A stretch of DNA of 50,291 nt, taken from positions 1 through 50,291 of the IMG/VR virus record IMGVR_UViG_3300003877_000002, one strand, 5' to 3'. The DNA is from a virus (taxonomy: Duplodnaviria; Caudoviricetes). The notes below the pieces were generated by a model. That model made no database searches, had not been told where the DNA came from, and was given only the letters and a program-made list of their open reading frames with translations. Shown piece by piece: positions 26,165-36,489 of this stretch (its first letter is position 1; every line of letters begins with the position of its first letter). A program made the translations under genes and the position numbers.

Positions 26165-27670
26165 ATGCTAAACACGGATACCATTTACGGTTTTGTAACA
26201 ACAATCCTACAGAGTCGTTTTGATTCTCCAAAACCAATCCCTGATTTCCATAAGGAACTGTGGGAACTCTGTACAAGCGAAGAAAAGCAAGTAGCAATAG
26301 CGGCACCAAGGGCGCACGCTAAAAGTACTTCAATCACACATTCCTATGTATTAGCTAAAATGCTCTTCAGAGAGAGTTCCTACTGTTTAATAGTATCTGA
26401 TACTGAAGGACAAGCTATTCAATTCCTTGGTGATATTAAGAAGGAATTAGTAGAGAATGACCTACTTCGTGAAACTTTCGGAATTACCCTCACTAGGGGT
26501 AAACTGACTAAAGATACTGAATCTGTAGCTATTTGTACATTTGAAGATGGACAGCAATTCAGAATTGAAGCTAAAGGTTCCGAACAGAAGGTACGCGGCC
26601 TTAAGTGGAGAAGTCTACGTCCTGACCTAATTATAGGGGATGACCTTGAGAATGATGAGGTTGTACTCAACGAAGAAAGACGCTTTAAGTTCCGCCAGTG
26701 GTTCTTTAATGCTCTCATACCTTGTGGTTCTGATGAATGTCTCATACGTATTGTAGGTACAATCCTACATATGGATTCCATGCTAGAGCGTCTTATGCCA
26801 GCATGGGGAGATAAGGATACACAGACAGATGGACTTAAGTTCTGGACAACACAGAAAAGATCTTGGAAGTCTGTTAGATACCAAGCACATAACTCTGATT
26901 TCTCACAAATGCTTTGGCCTGAGAAGTTCTCAAAAGATAGACTTGAGAGAATTAGAGCTACTTATGTAGAACAAGGTTTCCCTGAAGGCTATTCACAGGA
27001 ATACCTGAATTATCCAATTGATGAAGAGAATGCCTTCTTTCGCAAAGAAGACTTCCCACCGATACAAGATACTGAAGAAAACGTAGAATATTACGTAGGA
27101 GGTGATCTAGCTATCTCGGAGAAGGACAGAAGAGCCTACTCTGTATTTGTAGTTGCAGCCCTTGGTTCAAGTGGCAAACTTAAAGTAGTGGAAGTAGTTA
27201 GACAGAGAATGGACTCTCTAGAGATAATTGAAGAAGTCTTTCGCTTACATGCGAAATTCCATCCAGTTGCCTTCTTTATTGAAAAGGAAAATATTGCTCG
27301 TTCTATTGGCCCTATGTTAAACTTGACTATGCGCCAGAGGAATATATATCCTAATATCGGTGATGATACAATGATTGTACCGTCACAAGATAAGGAGAAG
27401 AGGGCTCAAGCTATTCGAGCTAGGGCTAGGGCTGGTGGAGTAGAGATAAACCATGATGCGTGGTGGTTCGACCTATTCATAACTGAATTAATACAATTTC
27501 CTAGAAGTAAGTATAAAGATCAAGTAGATGCTTTTGCTATGATTGGCTTAGGCCTAGATAAGATGTTAGATACCCCTACTCTACAAGAGTTAGCGGACGA
27601 AGAATACGAAGAAGAAATGGAAGAGGGTTTATTTGGATATGACAACCAAGACTACTTTACTGGCTACTAG
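26165..27670 (+). CDS. terL: terminase large subunit
   Basis: APRAHAKS, IIGDDLE, IVGT, GGDLAIS, DQVDA. Confidence 0.95.
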   Translation: MLNTDTIYGFVTTILQSRFDSPKPIPDFHKELWELCTSEEKQVAIAAPRAHAKSTSITHSYVLAKMLFRESSYCLIVSDTEGQAIQFLGDIKKELVENDLLRETFGITLTRGKLTKDTESVAICTFEDGQQFRIEAKGSEQKVRGLKWRSLRPDLIIGDDLENDEVVLNEERRFKFRQWFFNALIPCGSDECLIRIVGTILHMDSMLERLMPAWGDKDTQTDGLKFWTTQKRSWKSVRYQAHNSDFSQMLWPEKFSKDRLERIRATYVEQGFPEGYSQEYLNYPIDEENAFFRKEDFPPIQDTEENVEYYVGGDLAISEKDRRAYSVFVVAALGSSGKLKVVEVVRQRMDSLEIIEEVFRLHAKFHPVAFFIEKENIARSIGPMLNLTMRQRNIYPNIGDDTMIVPSQDKEKRAQAIRARARAGGVEINHDAWWFDLFITELIQFPRSKYKDQVDAFAMIGLGLDKMLDTPTLQELADEEYEEEMEEGLFGYDNQDYFTGY

Positions 27671-27673
27671 ATT

Positions 27674-29722
27674 ATGAGTACTCCTGAAGAAAGACAAGCT
27701 ACAATTACTTTAGAGACACTTAATCTAGCTGAAGGCTTAGATGAAGATACTTTAAAGGATGTTGGTGAGTATGTAGTTAATATCTATGAAGAGGATCTAG
27801 AATCTAGATCTGAGTGGGAAGAGCGTAATGAACGCTGGCTGAAGTTAGCTACTCAAGTGATGGAATCTAAAGACTATCCTTGGGCAGGAGCTTCTAATGT
27901 TAAGTTCCCCCTGCTGGCTACAGCAGCTCTTAATTTTCAAGCGAGAGCATATCCAGCTTTAATTCCAGACAATAGTATTGTAAAAACTCGTGTATTTGGT
28001 AAAGACCCAACTGGCGAGAAAAGAGAACGTGGTACTCGTGTAAGCAAACACATGAGTTATCAGCTCTTAGAAGAAGATCCAGATTGGCAGGAAGATATGG
28101 ACAGGTTGCTCTATATTCTACCTATTATTGGACTCTGTTATAAAAAGACTTATCATAATGTAGCTTTGGGGCTTAATAAAAACCCTCTTATAGGGCCAGA
28201 TGATTTGGTAATTAACTACCACGCTGAATCCTACGAGAGGGCTATTAAGACCCACCGAATGTACCTAAACTCTAACGAAGTATATGAGAATATAGCAACT
28301 GAATACTTCCTTGATGTAGGTTTAGAAGACCCAACTCCAGATGAATCGGAGCATAAGGGTATAGAGGACGACCTTATTGGTCTAACACCTCCTGTACGAG
28401 ATGAGAGTGCTGCCAACGAAGGTCTAAATGACACTCCTTATGAGTTCTTAGAGCAACATACTTGGTATGATCTCGATGAAGATGGTTATAAAGAGCCTTA
28501 TATCATTACTGTAGAGAAAGACTCTAAGAAAGTAGTGCGTATATCTGCTAGATATGACCTAAAAGGCATAATTAAGGCAGCAGATGGCTCTATTGCCAAG
28601 ATTATTCCTACAGAGTACTTTACACAGTATGGTTTCTTACCTAATCCAGAGTCTAAAATTTATTATCAAGGTTTTGGTGCTTTATTAGGCCCAATTAACG
28701 CTGCCTCTAATACAATCCTTAACTTATTGATCGATGCTGGGCATATAAGTACCTTACAGAGTGGTTTCTTAGGTAAAGGTATTCGTTTAAAGGGTGGTAA
28801 GCTTAGATTTAAGCCCGGTGAGTGGAAAACTATTAATTCTACTGGAGATGATATACGTAAGAATGTATTTGCTCTCCCAGTACGTGAACCTTCCAATGTT
28901 CTATTTAATTTGCTAGGGATGTTGATCGAGTCAGGGGAACGCCTGTCCAGTGTTAAGGATATAATGGCTGGGGAAAATCCCGGTCAGAATCAACCTTATG
29001 CAACTACTGTAGCTGTATTAGAACAAGGTATGAAGGTATTTGTAGGTATATATAAACGTATATATCGTGCTCTACATGCTGAATTTAAGAAGCAGTACCG
29101 CCTTAATTCTATTTACTTTAATGAAGAAAAGTATATTGCTTTCTTAGATGAAGACGAAGCTACTCCTATTGGCCCAGAAGATTATAATATAGAGGATCTA
29201 AATATAGCACCTGCTGCTGATCCTAGCATTGTATCTGAGTCTCATAGGATGATGAAGGCTGAAAGTCTTCTACAGAAGAAGATGGCAGGTCTTCCAATCA
29301 ATACTGCTGAGGTGACTCGTAGAGTACTTGAAGTGGAAGGACATGAAGATATAGAACGTCTACTAGAGCCAGATCCACAACAAGCACCAGATCCAGAACT
29401 AGAACTAAAAGCTACTGAGCTTGAAATGAAGGACGAACAGTTCCAAGTAGAAATGCAATTGAAAGCTATGAATTCACAGTTTGAGGCATTTAAAGATTAT
29501 GCACAAGCTATGAGTAGTATGGCTAAAGCGGCTGCTACTGAGTCCAATATGCAGTCTGAAGAGTTTGTTAAACTTGCACAGACAGCTAATCAAGAGTATC
29601 AGTCTATTACTGCTCGAATGAAAGTTATGCAAGATGGCATGATGAAAGACTTCGAGGATGATGATAAGGCTGCTGATAAAGAAGAAGAAGCGGCTAAGAA
29701 CGCAATGTCCCAAGAGGGTTAA
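27674..29722 (+). CDS. portal protein (podoviral type)
   Basis: 682 aa after TerL; PWAGASNV, helical C-terminal barrel region. Confidence 0.88.
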   Translation: MSTPEERQATITLETLNLAEGLDEDTLKDVGEYVVNIYEEDLESRSEWEERNERWLKLATQVMESKDYPWAGASNVKFPLLATAALNFQARAYPALIPDNSIVKTRVFGKDPTGEKRERGTRVSKHMSYQLLEEDPDWQEDMDRLLYILPIIGLCYKKTYHNVALGLNKNPLIGPDDLVINYHAESYERAIKTHRMYLNSNEVYENIATEYFLDVGLEDPTPDESEHKGIEDDLIGLTPPVRDESAANEGLNDTPYEFLEQHTWYDLDEDGYKEPYIITVEKDSKKVVRISARYDLKGIIKAADGSIAKIIPTEYFTQYGFLPNPESKIYYQGFGALLGPINAASNTILNLLIDAGHISTLQSGFLGKGIRLKGGKLRFKPGEWKTINSTGDDIRKNVFALPVREPSNVLFNLLGMLIESGERLSSVKDIMAGENPGQNQPYATTVAVLEQGMKVFVGIYKRIYRALHAEFKKQYRLNSIYFNEEKYIAFLDEDEATPIGPEDYNIEDLNIAPAADPSIVSESHRMMKAESLLQKKMAGLPINTAEVTRRVLEVEGHEDIERLLEPDPQQAPDPELELKATELEMKDEQFQVEMQLKAMNSQFEAFKDYAQAMSSMAKAAATESNMQSEEFVKLAQTANQEYQSITARMKVMQDGMMKDFEDDDKAADKEEEAAKNAMSQEG

Positions 29723-30034
29723 ATGTCACAAAACTTAGAAGAACTTTTTGACTCTAATTCAATTAGAGCCAGAGCAGAAGCAATCTTAATAGAGATTACA
29801 CCAGAAGAAAGACAGAATTGGTTACAGCATCCAATTACCAAATCACTCTTACTTACACTAAAAGGTGATTATTTAGATCACCACTCAGCGTGGGAAGGTG
29901 GGGCTTTTACCTCTGAAGGTTCAGATGGTACAGCTCAGCAAAATGCCAAGGCTCTTGGCTCCTTAGAAGCAATACGACTATTAGCAAACTATATAGAGGA
30001 TATAAACTCTTATGATCAAAGTGAAGGGATATAG
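29723..30034 (+). CDS. hypothetical protein
   Basis: ORF abutting the portal. Confidence 0.7.
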   Translation: MSQNLEELFDSNSIRARAEAILIEITPEERQNWLQHPITKSLLLTLKGDYLDHHSAWEGGAFTSEGSDGTAQQNAKALGSLEAIRLLANYIEDINSYDQSEGI

Positions 30035-30392
30035 AATCCTAGTTAAACCTGATGAAATAGAAAAAGTAACGGAGTCAGGAATTATAATTTCTCAGAATGA
30101 AGTTATAGAAGAATCAGGTATCCAGCAAGGATACTTAATAGCGGTAGGAGAACAGGCTTGGAAAGCTTTTCGACAACTGGATGAGAACGGTAAAGAAGTA
30201 GAAGGTAAATCTTGGGCAAAACCCGGTGATTATGTTTTATGGGCACGACATGCTGGAAGGAAGGTATTTGATCCACATGAGCCTGATGAAAGTAATTACT
30301 ATATGGTAATGAATGATGAAGACATCATAGCAATCATTACTGAAGGTACTAACCCTGAGTTTAGTCCTAATACAATAACGGAGACATTATAA
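30012..30392 (+). CDS. groES: GroES-like co-chaperonin
   Basis: RILVKP, TESGIII mobile loop, IAVG, KPGDYV, VMNDEDIIA. Confidence 0.88.
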   Translation: MIKVKGYRILVKPDEIEKVTESGIIISQNEVIEESGIQQGYLIAVGEQAWKAFRQLDENGKEVEGKSWAKPGDYVLWARHAGRKVFDPHEPDESNYYMVMNDEDIIAIITEGTNPEFSPNTITETL

Positions 30393-31273
30393 TGTCAGAA
30401 GATAAAAAAGAAATACTTCCAGAAGATGCATTTGTGTTTGAGGAAGAAGTAGAAGAAGGTACTGCTACTGTAGTAGTGGAAGAAGATGAAGTATCACCAA
30501 TGACTCAGAAAGCACTTACTGAGGGCTGGGTTCCTAAAGAGGACTTTAAAGGTGATGAGGATTCGTGGGTAGAAGCTAAGGAATTTGTATTCCGTGGTGA
30601 GCTTATGGATCGAATTAAAAAGCAGAGTGGAGTTATTAATAGCCTATCAGATCAGACTAAAGATCTAAAAGATGCTCTAAAGGTATTAGGTGAACATAAT
30701 AAGAAGCTTGCTAATGTTGAATATAAGAAAGCTATCGCAACTCTTAAGAAGGAGAAGGTGGATGCTCTCGAAGAGCGAGATCATGGAGCGGTACTAGAGA
30801 TTGATGAACAAATTGATGAACTAAAAGAAGCTCAAAAAGATGTAAAAGAGCAGAAGGACGAAGTATCTGAAGAAGTAGCGGAAGCTCCTCCACAAGTAAT
30901 AGCGTGGTTAGAGAGTCCTAAGAATAGCTGGTTTAATACTGATATTATTATGCGTGGTGCTGCTGATGCACTAGCTGGTAAGTACATTCAGGAAAATCCC
31001 GGCGACTTCGATGGAATGCTTAATTATATGGAAAAAGAAATTAGAAAGGAATTTCCTGCTAAATTCGGTATAGAAAAACCAGCAAGTAACGCTGTCGGTA
31101 GTTCGGATGGTAGGGGAAAGGGGCGAGTAGCCTCAAAAGAACGGGGTAAGAAACATAGCCCTCGTGACTTAGATGAAGAGCAATATGCTGTTGGAAAGAC
31201 CTTTGTTAATCAAGGTGTCTATAAGAACATGCAAGAATGGGTTGATGAACTCGCTAAGACAGATCAACTTTAA
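30392..31273 (+). CDS. scaffolding protein
   Basis: Acidic coiled-coil protein between portal and capsid. Confidence 0.7.
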   Translation: MSEDKKEILPEDAFVFEEEVEEGTATVVVEEDEVSPMTQKALTEGWVPKEDFKGDEDSWVEAKEFVFRGELMDRIKKQSGVINSLSDQTKDLKDALKVLGEHNKKLANVEYKKAIATLKKEKVDALEERDHGAVLEIDEQIDELKEAQKDVKEQKDEVSEEVAEAPPQVIAWLESPKNSWFNTDIIMRGAADALAGKYIQENPGDFDGMLNYMEKEIRKEFPAKFGIEKPASNAVGSSDGRGKGRVASKERGKKHSPRDLDEEQYAVGKTFVNQGVYKNMQEWVDELAKTDQL

Positions 31274-31299
31274 ACTCGATAGAGAAAGGAAAAAATATA

Positions 31300-31782
31300 A
31301 TGGCTAAAGTAGAACGTACTTCTAGAGGACAACGTACAGAGCGTCCAAATGCAAATGCGGATTCTCGCGCAGAACGACCAAGTGAACGAGTACCAGTAAA
31401 CGGTATGCGGGATAAACTTACCGTACACGGTAAAGACCCTAGCTTCCATTACTATTGGTGCAAAGATAACAATGAAGAAGGACAAGAAATTTTTAACTTT
31501 TTACGTGCTGGTTATGTATTTGTACGAGCAGATGAAGTAAAGATTGGACAAGATGCTGTCTATAAGACAGAGAGTGTTGGTTCAATTATACGGCAACCTG
31601 CTGGATTTGGTGAATGGCTCTATCTTATGAAGCAACCTATGGACTTCTATTTAGAAGATCAGAAGGCCGAACAAGATCGAATCTTATCTAGAGAAAATGC
31701 AATGATCAAGAAACGTAGTCCAGAAGAAATACGTGAAGATGAGCAATACAATTCGAGTACTTTATCTAGCGATTTACGCTAG
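31300..31782 (+). CDS. hypothetical head-module protein
   Basis: AAGGA RBS, position in the head module. Confidence 0.65.
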   Translation: MAKVERTSRGQRTERPNANADSRAERPSERVPVNGMRDKLTVHGKDPSFHYYWCKDNNEEGQEIFNFLRAGYVFVRADEVKIGQDAVYKTESVGSIIRQPAGFGEWLYLMKQPMDFYLEDQKAEQDRILSRENAMIKKRSPEEIREDEQYNSSTLSSDLR

Positions 31783-31903
31783 AATTTTAACTACAACTTT
31801 TGTGCCCATTAGATCGTTTAAATTAATCGGTTACTTTGTAACCTTAAAAAAACAAGCTGCTTATGCAGCGACATAATTAACTTAAATTTAGGAGAAAATA
31901 ATT

Positions 31904-32536
31904 ATGGCTAATGTTGATCGTCCTATTGGCGCACGAGTTGTAGGAACCCTTAGTGGTTCTCCTTGGGAAGCTTCCTTAGAAGCCTTTACACTTGATGGCG
32001 GCCATGCGGCAATTGGAGTTGGTGATCTAGTACAGATGACATCTGATGGTTATTTGGATGTATATGCTGCTGGGGAAACTGGCTTTATTGGAGTTTGTGT
32101 AGGTATTTTACCTGTGAGTTTGGGAGTAGTTAATGGCAAGAAGAATAACTTCATGTCTAGTACTGAACCTACCTTGACTGGCTCTGGTGTTAATACCAGT
32201 ATAGCTAATGCTACAGATACTATTTTGGTATGTACTGCACCTGATGCTATTATAGAAATGCAGGAAGATGGAGTTGGTACACCGCTGACTCTAGTTATGG
32301 TGGGTAGTAATGTTGATATTATCAATGTTGCTGGAGTACATGGTACTACTGGTAAGTCTCAGATGGAAATTGATTCTAGTACTAGTGCTGCTACTAATAC
32401 TTTCCCGCTGCGGTTGCTTGGTCTTGTACAAGATCCAGACAACGAGCTGGCTTCTGTAGATGCTACTAAACCGTGGGCACGCTGGTTATGCACACCTGCT
32501 AACCATTTCTATAGCGGCTTGAATGTCGGTCTATAA
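31904..32536 (+). CDS. capsid decoration / minor head protein
   Basis: Beta-rich G/T/A composition, immediately before the major capsid gene. Confidence 0.55.
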   Translation: MANVDRPIGARVVGTLSGSPWEASLEAFTLDGGHAAIGVGDLVQMTSDGYLDVYAAGETGFIGVCVGILPVSLGVVNGKKNNFMSSTEPTLTGSGVNTSIANATDTILVCTAPDAIIEMQEDGVGTPLTLVMVGSNVDIINVAGVHGTTGKSQMEIDSSTSAATNTFPLRLLGLVQDPDNELASVDATKPWARWLCTPANHFYSGLNVGL

Positions 32537-32559
32537 TTCTTAAAGGAGAATAAAACAAA

Positions 32560-33471
32560 ATGGGTATTATTACTACTGGCAGTTTTGCCAAATTGCTGTA
32601 CCCCGGTCTGAATAAGATCTATGGAACAGCTTATAACGAATGGCCTACTCAGTATACCGACTTGTTCGATACGTATACCGATAGTCGTGCGTACCTTGAA
32701 GATATGGCAGTGACAGGATTGGGACAGGCTCAGCTTAAAACTGAAGGCTCCCCAGTCAAATACGATGATATGTCTCAGTCTTTCTACACGCGCTATACGC
32801 ACGCTGTATGGGCTCTGGGTTTCATTATCACTCGTGAAATGTACGAAGATGATCAGTATGGCCACATGGGTTCCAAGAAATCTAATGCATTAGCTTTTTC
32901 TATGCGTCAGACTAAGGAAGTCAATATGGCTAATATTTACAATCGAGCTTTTAATAGTTCTTACACTGGCGGTGATGGTGTGGAACTTGCGAGTTCGGCA
33001 CATGTAAATTACACTGGTGGTAATTGGTCTAATATCTCCTCGACTGCGGCAGCTTTATCTGAAGCGGCTCTGGAACAGGCAGTTATTGACATTTCCAAGT
33101 GGACGGATGATCGTGGTTTACAGATTCAGGTTCTTGCTAAAACTCTGGTGATCCCAACAGATCTTCAGTTTGAAGCAGAGCGTATCTTGTATACTACTAG
33201 TCGTGTAGGTACTAATGATAATGATATAAATGCTCTGAAGGTTATGAGTAAGATTCCGGGTGGATATAAAACTAATCAATACTTGACTAGTTCTACTCGT
33301 TGGTTCTTACGCACTAACTGTCCAGATAGCATGAAGTATATCAGTCGGCGTAAAGTTGAATTTACCATTGATAATGAGTTCGACACCGAGAATGCTAAGT
33401 TTAAATCTACTGAGCGTTATTCTGGTGGTTGGTCTGATGCTCGTGGTATCTACGCATCTAACGCTGCTTAA
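32560..33471 (+). CDS. major capsid protein (Mu gpT-like, HK97 fold)
   Basis: LLYPGLN, KTEG, ALGFIITREMYEDD, ERYSGGWSD; strong RBS and downstream terminator. Confidence 0.9.
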   Translation: MGIITTGSFAKLLYPGLNKIYGTAYNEWPTQYTDLFDTYTDSRAYLEDMAVTGLGQAQLKTEGSPVKYDDMSQSFYTRYTHAVWALGFIITREMYEDDQYGHMGSKKSNALAFSMRQTKEVNMANIYNRAFNSSYTGGDGVELASSAHVNYTGGNWSNISSTAAALSEAALEQAVIDISKWTDDRGLQIQVLAKTLVIPTDLQFEAERILYTTSRVGTNDNDINALKVMSKIPGGYKTNQYLTSSTRWFLRTNCPDSMKYISRRKVEFTIDNEFDTENAKFKSTERYSGGWSDARGIYASNAA

Positions 33472-33479
33472 CATAACTT

Positions 33480-33508
33480 GAGTAGGGAGAATATCCCTAC
33501 TCTTTTTT
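33480..33508 (+). terminator. intrinsic terminator after the major capsid gene
   Basis: GAGTAGGGA-GAATA-TCCCTACTC-T6. Confidence 0.88.
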
Positions 33509-33522
33509 AGGAGAATATCCAA

Positions 33523-33957
33523 ATGGCTAATAAAAATTCTACAACTCAGGCTAACATTCGTTCTGGCCCGAAGTCCACTGCTGGCGCAAGTGGGCATACT
33601 GGTAGCGTGGTTCTTGCTCTACCTATTTCCTTTGACCCCGCTGCTGCTGCTGCTGATACTGGAATTAATCTTCCAGCCAGTTGTATAGTAGTTGGTTTTG
33701 CACATGATGGTGGAGGTACTGGAGGTACTAATCCTACTTTAATCGTAGGTACTTCTGCTGATACTAATGGATACATTACCGCTGCTGCGGCTGATGCTGC
33801 TGGTTTGGCAGGTATTGATGGAGCTTTAGCTAATACTGCAACAACTGCCGCTACTGCTATTTATGCAGGGGTAGGAACTAGTGCTGCTACTGGTGGTACT
33901 GTTACTGGTAATATACTTTATAAGTTCGTAGATTCTGCTTCTGGACTTAATGAGTAA
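33523..33957 (+). CDS. Ala/Gly/Thr-rich virion protein
   Basis: Composition and position. Confidence 0.6.
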   Translation: MANKNSTTQANIRSGPKSTAGASGHTGSVVLALPISFDPAAAAADTGINLPASCIVVGFAHDGGGTGGTNPTLIVGTSADTNGYITAAAADAAGLAGIDGALANTATTAATAIYAGVGTSAATGGTVTGNILYKFVDSASGLNE

Positions 33958-33964
33958 GTAACTT

Positions 33965-34192
33965 ATGGGCAAAACTAGAAATCCCGGCTGGAAGAGTGGA
34001 CAACATTGGGTACATTGTGATGTATGTGGATTCATATACAGACAAACCAAAATGCGTCTTCGCTGGGATAATCTAGTTGTTTGTCCAAAAGATTTTGAAA
34101 GGCGACAACCCCAAGACTTTGTAAAAGGAAGAAAAGAGGATGTTGCTGCTAAGGGTTTAGTAAGAACTGAACCTGAAGACACGTTCATTTAG
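33965..34192 (+). CDS. small Cys-containing protein
   Basis: CDVCG...VCPKDFE. Confidence 0.7.
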   Translation: MGKTRNPGWKSGQHWVHCDVCGFIYRQTKMRLRWDNLVVCPKDFERRQPQDFVKGRKEDVAAKGLVRTEPEDTFI

Positions 34193-34276
34193 GTGTGAAG
34201 CACCGAACGAACTACTTTATATAAACTAATAGGTTGTCGTAGAAGGAACTACCGATTAACTTTTAATCTAACCTTA

Positions 34277-34768
34277 GTGCTAAAGGCACAGACTAGGAAA
34301 ATAATAATGGTAATGCAAACACAAACTCTCTTAGAGAGTACTACAGAAACTATTACAGATCGTAATGGTAATACTAAACCTGCTACTGAGAAACAAAAAA
34401 TCACAGACGGCGGGGCGCATGTCGCAGTAAAGTCTCAGTCATTCCCGTCAGACACATATGTACAGATTGACGGGACAGCGCAAACATCGGTAACGGCAGA
34501 CATATACCTTTCTGGCAATGTGTCTACGTTTGATTACCATGTAATAGAAGCCATTACTGCTGCTGCAAAAGTGGAAATTACTCGTGATGGCAGCACATGG
34601 ATACAGATTGCGCTAGAAATTGAGGATGATGTTACTGCTGGGCAGCCGAAATCATTAACTATTGCTGCTGGTGAGTCTGGAATTTATCGGGGCAAGTGCC
34701 TTAATCTGCGCGTACGCCCTAATGCGGCGACTAGCACTAACGCTCGTATCGCACACGGTAATATCTGA
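34277..34768 (+). CDS. hypothetical virion protein
   Basis: Beta-rich; true start probably the ATG at 34307. Confidence 0.65.
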   Translation: MLKAQTRKIIMVMQTQTLLESTTETITDRNGNTKPATEKQKITDGGAHVAVKSQSFPSDTYVQIDGTAQTSVTADIYLSGNVSTFDYHVIEAITAAAKVEITRDGSTWIQIALEIEDDVTAGQPKSLTIAAGESGIYRGKCLNLRVRPNAATSTNARIAHGNI

Positions 34769-36066
34769 TGACTGTTAATACTTCACTCCAACCTATCGTT
34801 GTAAATACGCCATTTGCTAAAATTCCTGCTGATGACCCGCGCGTAGTTGTGCGAGCTGACTTGCAAAGTTTGTCAGGGTTAGACGGCGGTGTTTTGACCG
34901 ATGCAAACTCAGTCGCAACATTTAACGGCAATGGTATATCTAACGGGACTGAGGCGTATGTCAGATGGACGCCTACTGCTGCCGAAGTTGCCGCACTAGC
35001 TAAATCATCATTAATCCATCTTGAGATTGAGTCTGACTTCTTAACATCTGATTTTACTGGCGCAGACAGATTATTAAATCTTGCAAATGGTAATCGAAAA
35101 ATTTACATGACAGCAAACCAGAGTTTTGTTGTTCAGTGGGATACAACTACTACTTCTTTTTTAACTAAAGGCATCAACACCGATAGACCGTGGAAGTCAC
35201 ATACAGATTTAGATTTTGTCATTCAGGGCAATAACGTCAAAACATATATTGATGGGTTGCTCATGTTTGATGAAACAAACGATGCTGCTCAAGACTTTAC
35301 AACTATTACATTATTTGCAGCCCAAAATGGCACGCAGAAGTGGGGAGAAGAGTCTAACGGTGCATGCAAACAGAGGGTAAAAAACCTTTACATTGTTTCT
35401 GGCGTAATCCCTGAGGTTTATCACAAGAATCTATCCAGTCTACATATATACGGTGATTCAATTATACGCCAAGGAAACTTAGTTGCTGGGTGGCCTGATG
35501 CAAACGGTACTGCTGGTTCTGGTTGGGCAGATGAAGGCATGACTGCTGCTATACAAAAAGCGTGTAGAAAGGTTGGGCTTAGAGTTGTCGTGCAAAATAA
35601 AGGAATTGGTGGTGACACGCTTGCGGATGTGCAAGCAAGAATAGATGTTACCCCGCATCTTGCTGGTGCTCCTGTAGTTATTAAGCTAGGTGTAAATAAT
35701 TTGCGCCCACTCGGAGTGTTAGACCCAATTCAATCCATATTTAAAACTGACTACCAAACACTGATTGACGATATAACCGCGCTAGGTGCAGACCACATCT
35801 TTGTATGCACTATCGCCTCAACAGCAGAAGACTCGACAGCGCCGGAAAGCCTAACGCGCGGCGCAGTTGATGAGGTCAATCAAGTTGTAACAGATATGGA
35901 AAATGAAAATGCAAATGTTACCAAGATTGATGTGGGCGGCTTTTTGGGTGGAGCAAACTTCGACGCAGCTAATTACGCCGCCGCTAATTTGCATTTCAAC
36001 AGAACTGGCTCACGCAAGGTTGGTGAATTTATCGGCGCTAATGTGTTGAGTTATTATAATATATGA
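34768..36066 (+). CDS. SGNH/GDSL hydrolase-domain protein (tailspike esterase-like)
   Basis: YGDS, NKGIGG, LGVNN, NLHFN blocks; beta-rich N-terminal half. Confidence 0.8.
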   Translation: MTVNTSLQPIVVNTPFAKIPADDPRVVVRADLQSLSGLDGGVLTDANSVATFNGNGISNGTEAYVRWTPTAAEVAALAKSSLIHLEIESDFLTSDFTGADRLLNLANGNRKIYMTANQSFVVQWDTTTTSFLTKGINTDRPWKSHTDLDFVIQGNNVKTYIDGLLMFDETNDAAQDFTTITLFAAQNGTQKWGEESNGACKQRVKNLYIVSGVIPEVYHKNLSSLHIYGDSIIRQGNLVAGWPDANGTAGSGWADEGMTAAIQKACRKVGLRVVVQNKGIGGDTLADVQARIDVTPHLAGAPVVIKLGVNNLRPLGVLDPIQSIFKTDYQTLIDDITALGADHIFVCTIASTAEDSTAPESLTRGAVDEVNQVVTDMENENANVTKIDVGGFLGGANFDAANYAAANLHFNRTGSRKVGEFIGANVLSYYNI

Positions 36067-36449
36067 AGTATCTACTCCTACTGCTCCCGTTATCTCTACA
36101 GGCAACGCCATACTATGCTGACTTTGCCCCTGCTGAGACACAACGGACACTGTATGCCAACTTCGGCGAATGTACACCAAAGACTTGTGTGGTTGAGTAC
36201 ATCCTTAAGCACAAGGGTAGTGTAACGCCAATGACGCCTATCCGGTTCGGGCAGTCGAAACTGGTAAGGGCAGATAGTATGTGCAATGGGGTATCGACGA
36301 ACCGGTACAGTTTTGATATTAAAGTGCCGCGAGGGTTGTATGCACTACAGATACGCTCGTGTAATAAAATAGGATGCAGTGATGCGGTTGCTGTTAATTT
36401 AAGCGATAACACCTGTGATAAGCAGGGTATTTATTTCGTAGGTGAATGA
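36063..36449 (+). CDS. signal-peptide protein, possible FN3-like fold
   Basis: MKYLLLLLPLSLQA; YALQIRSCNKIGCSD; six Cys. Confidence 0.6.
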   Translation: MKYLLLLLPLSLQATPYYADFAPAETQRTLYANFGECTPKTCVVEYILKHKGSVTPMTPIRFGQSKLVRADSMCNGVSTNRYSFDIKVPRGLYALQIRSCNKIGCSDAVAVNLSDNTCDKQGIYFVGE

Positions 36450-36489
36450 GGATCTAAAGATGTCCCCAGTAGAAAAGAGTATATAAATA

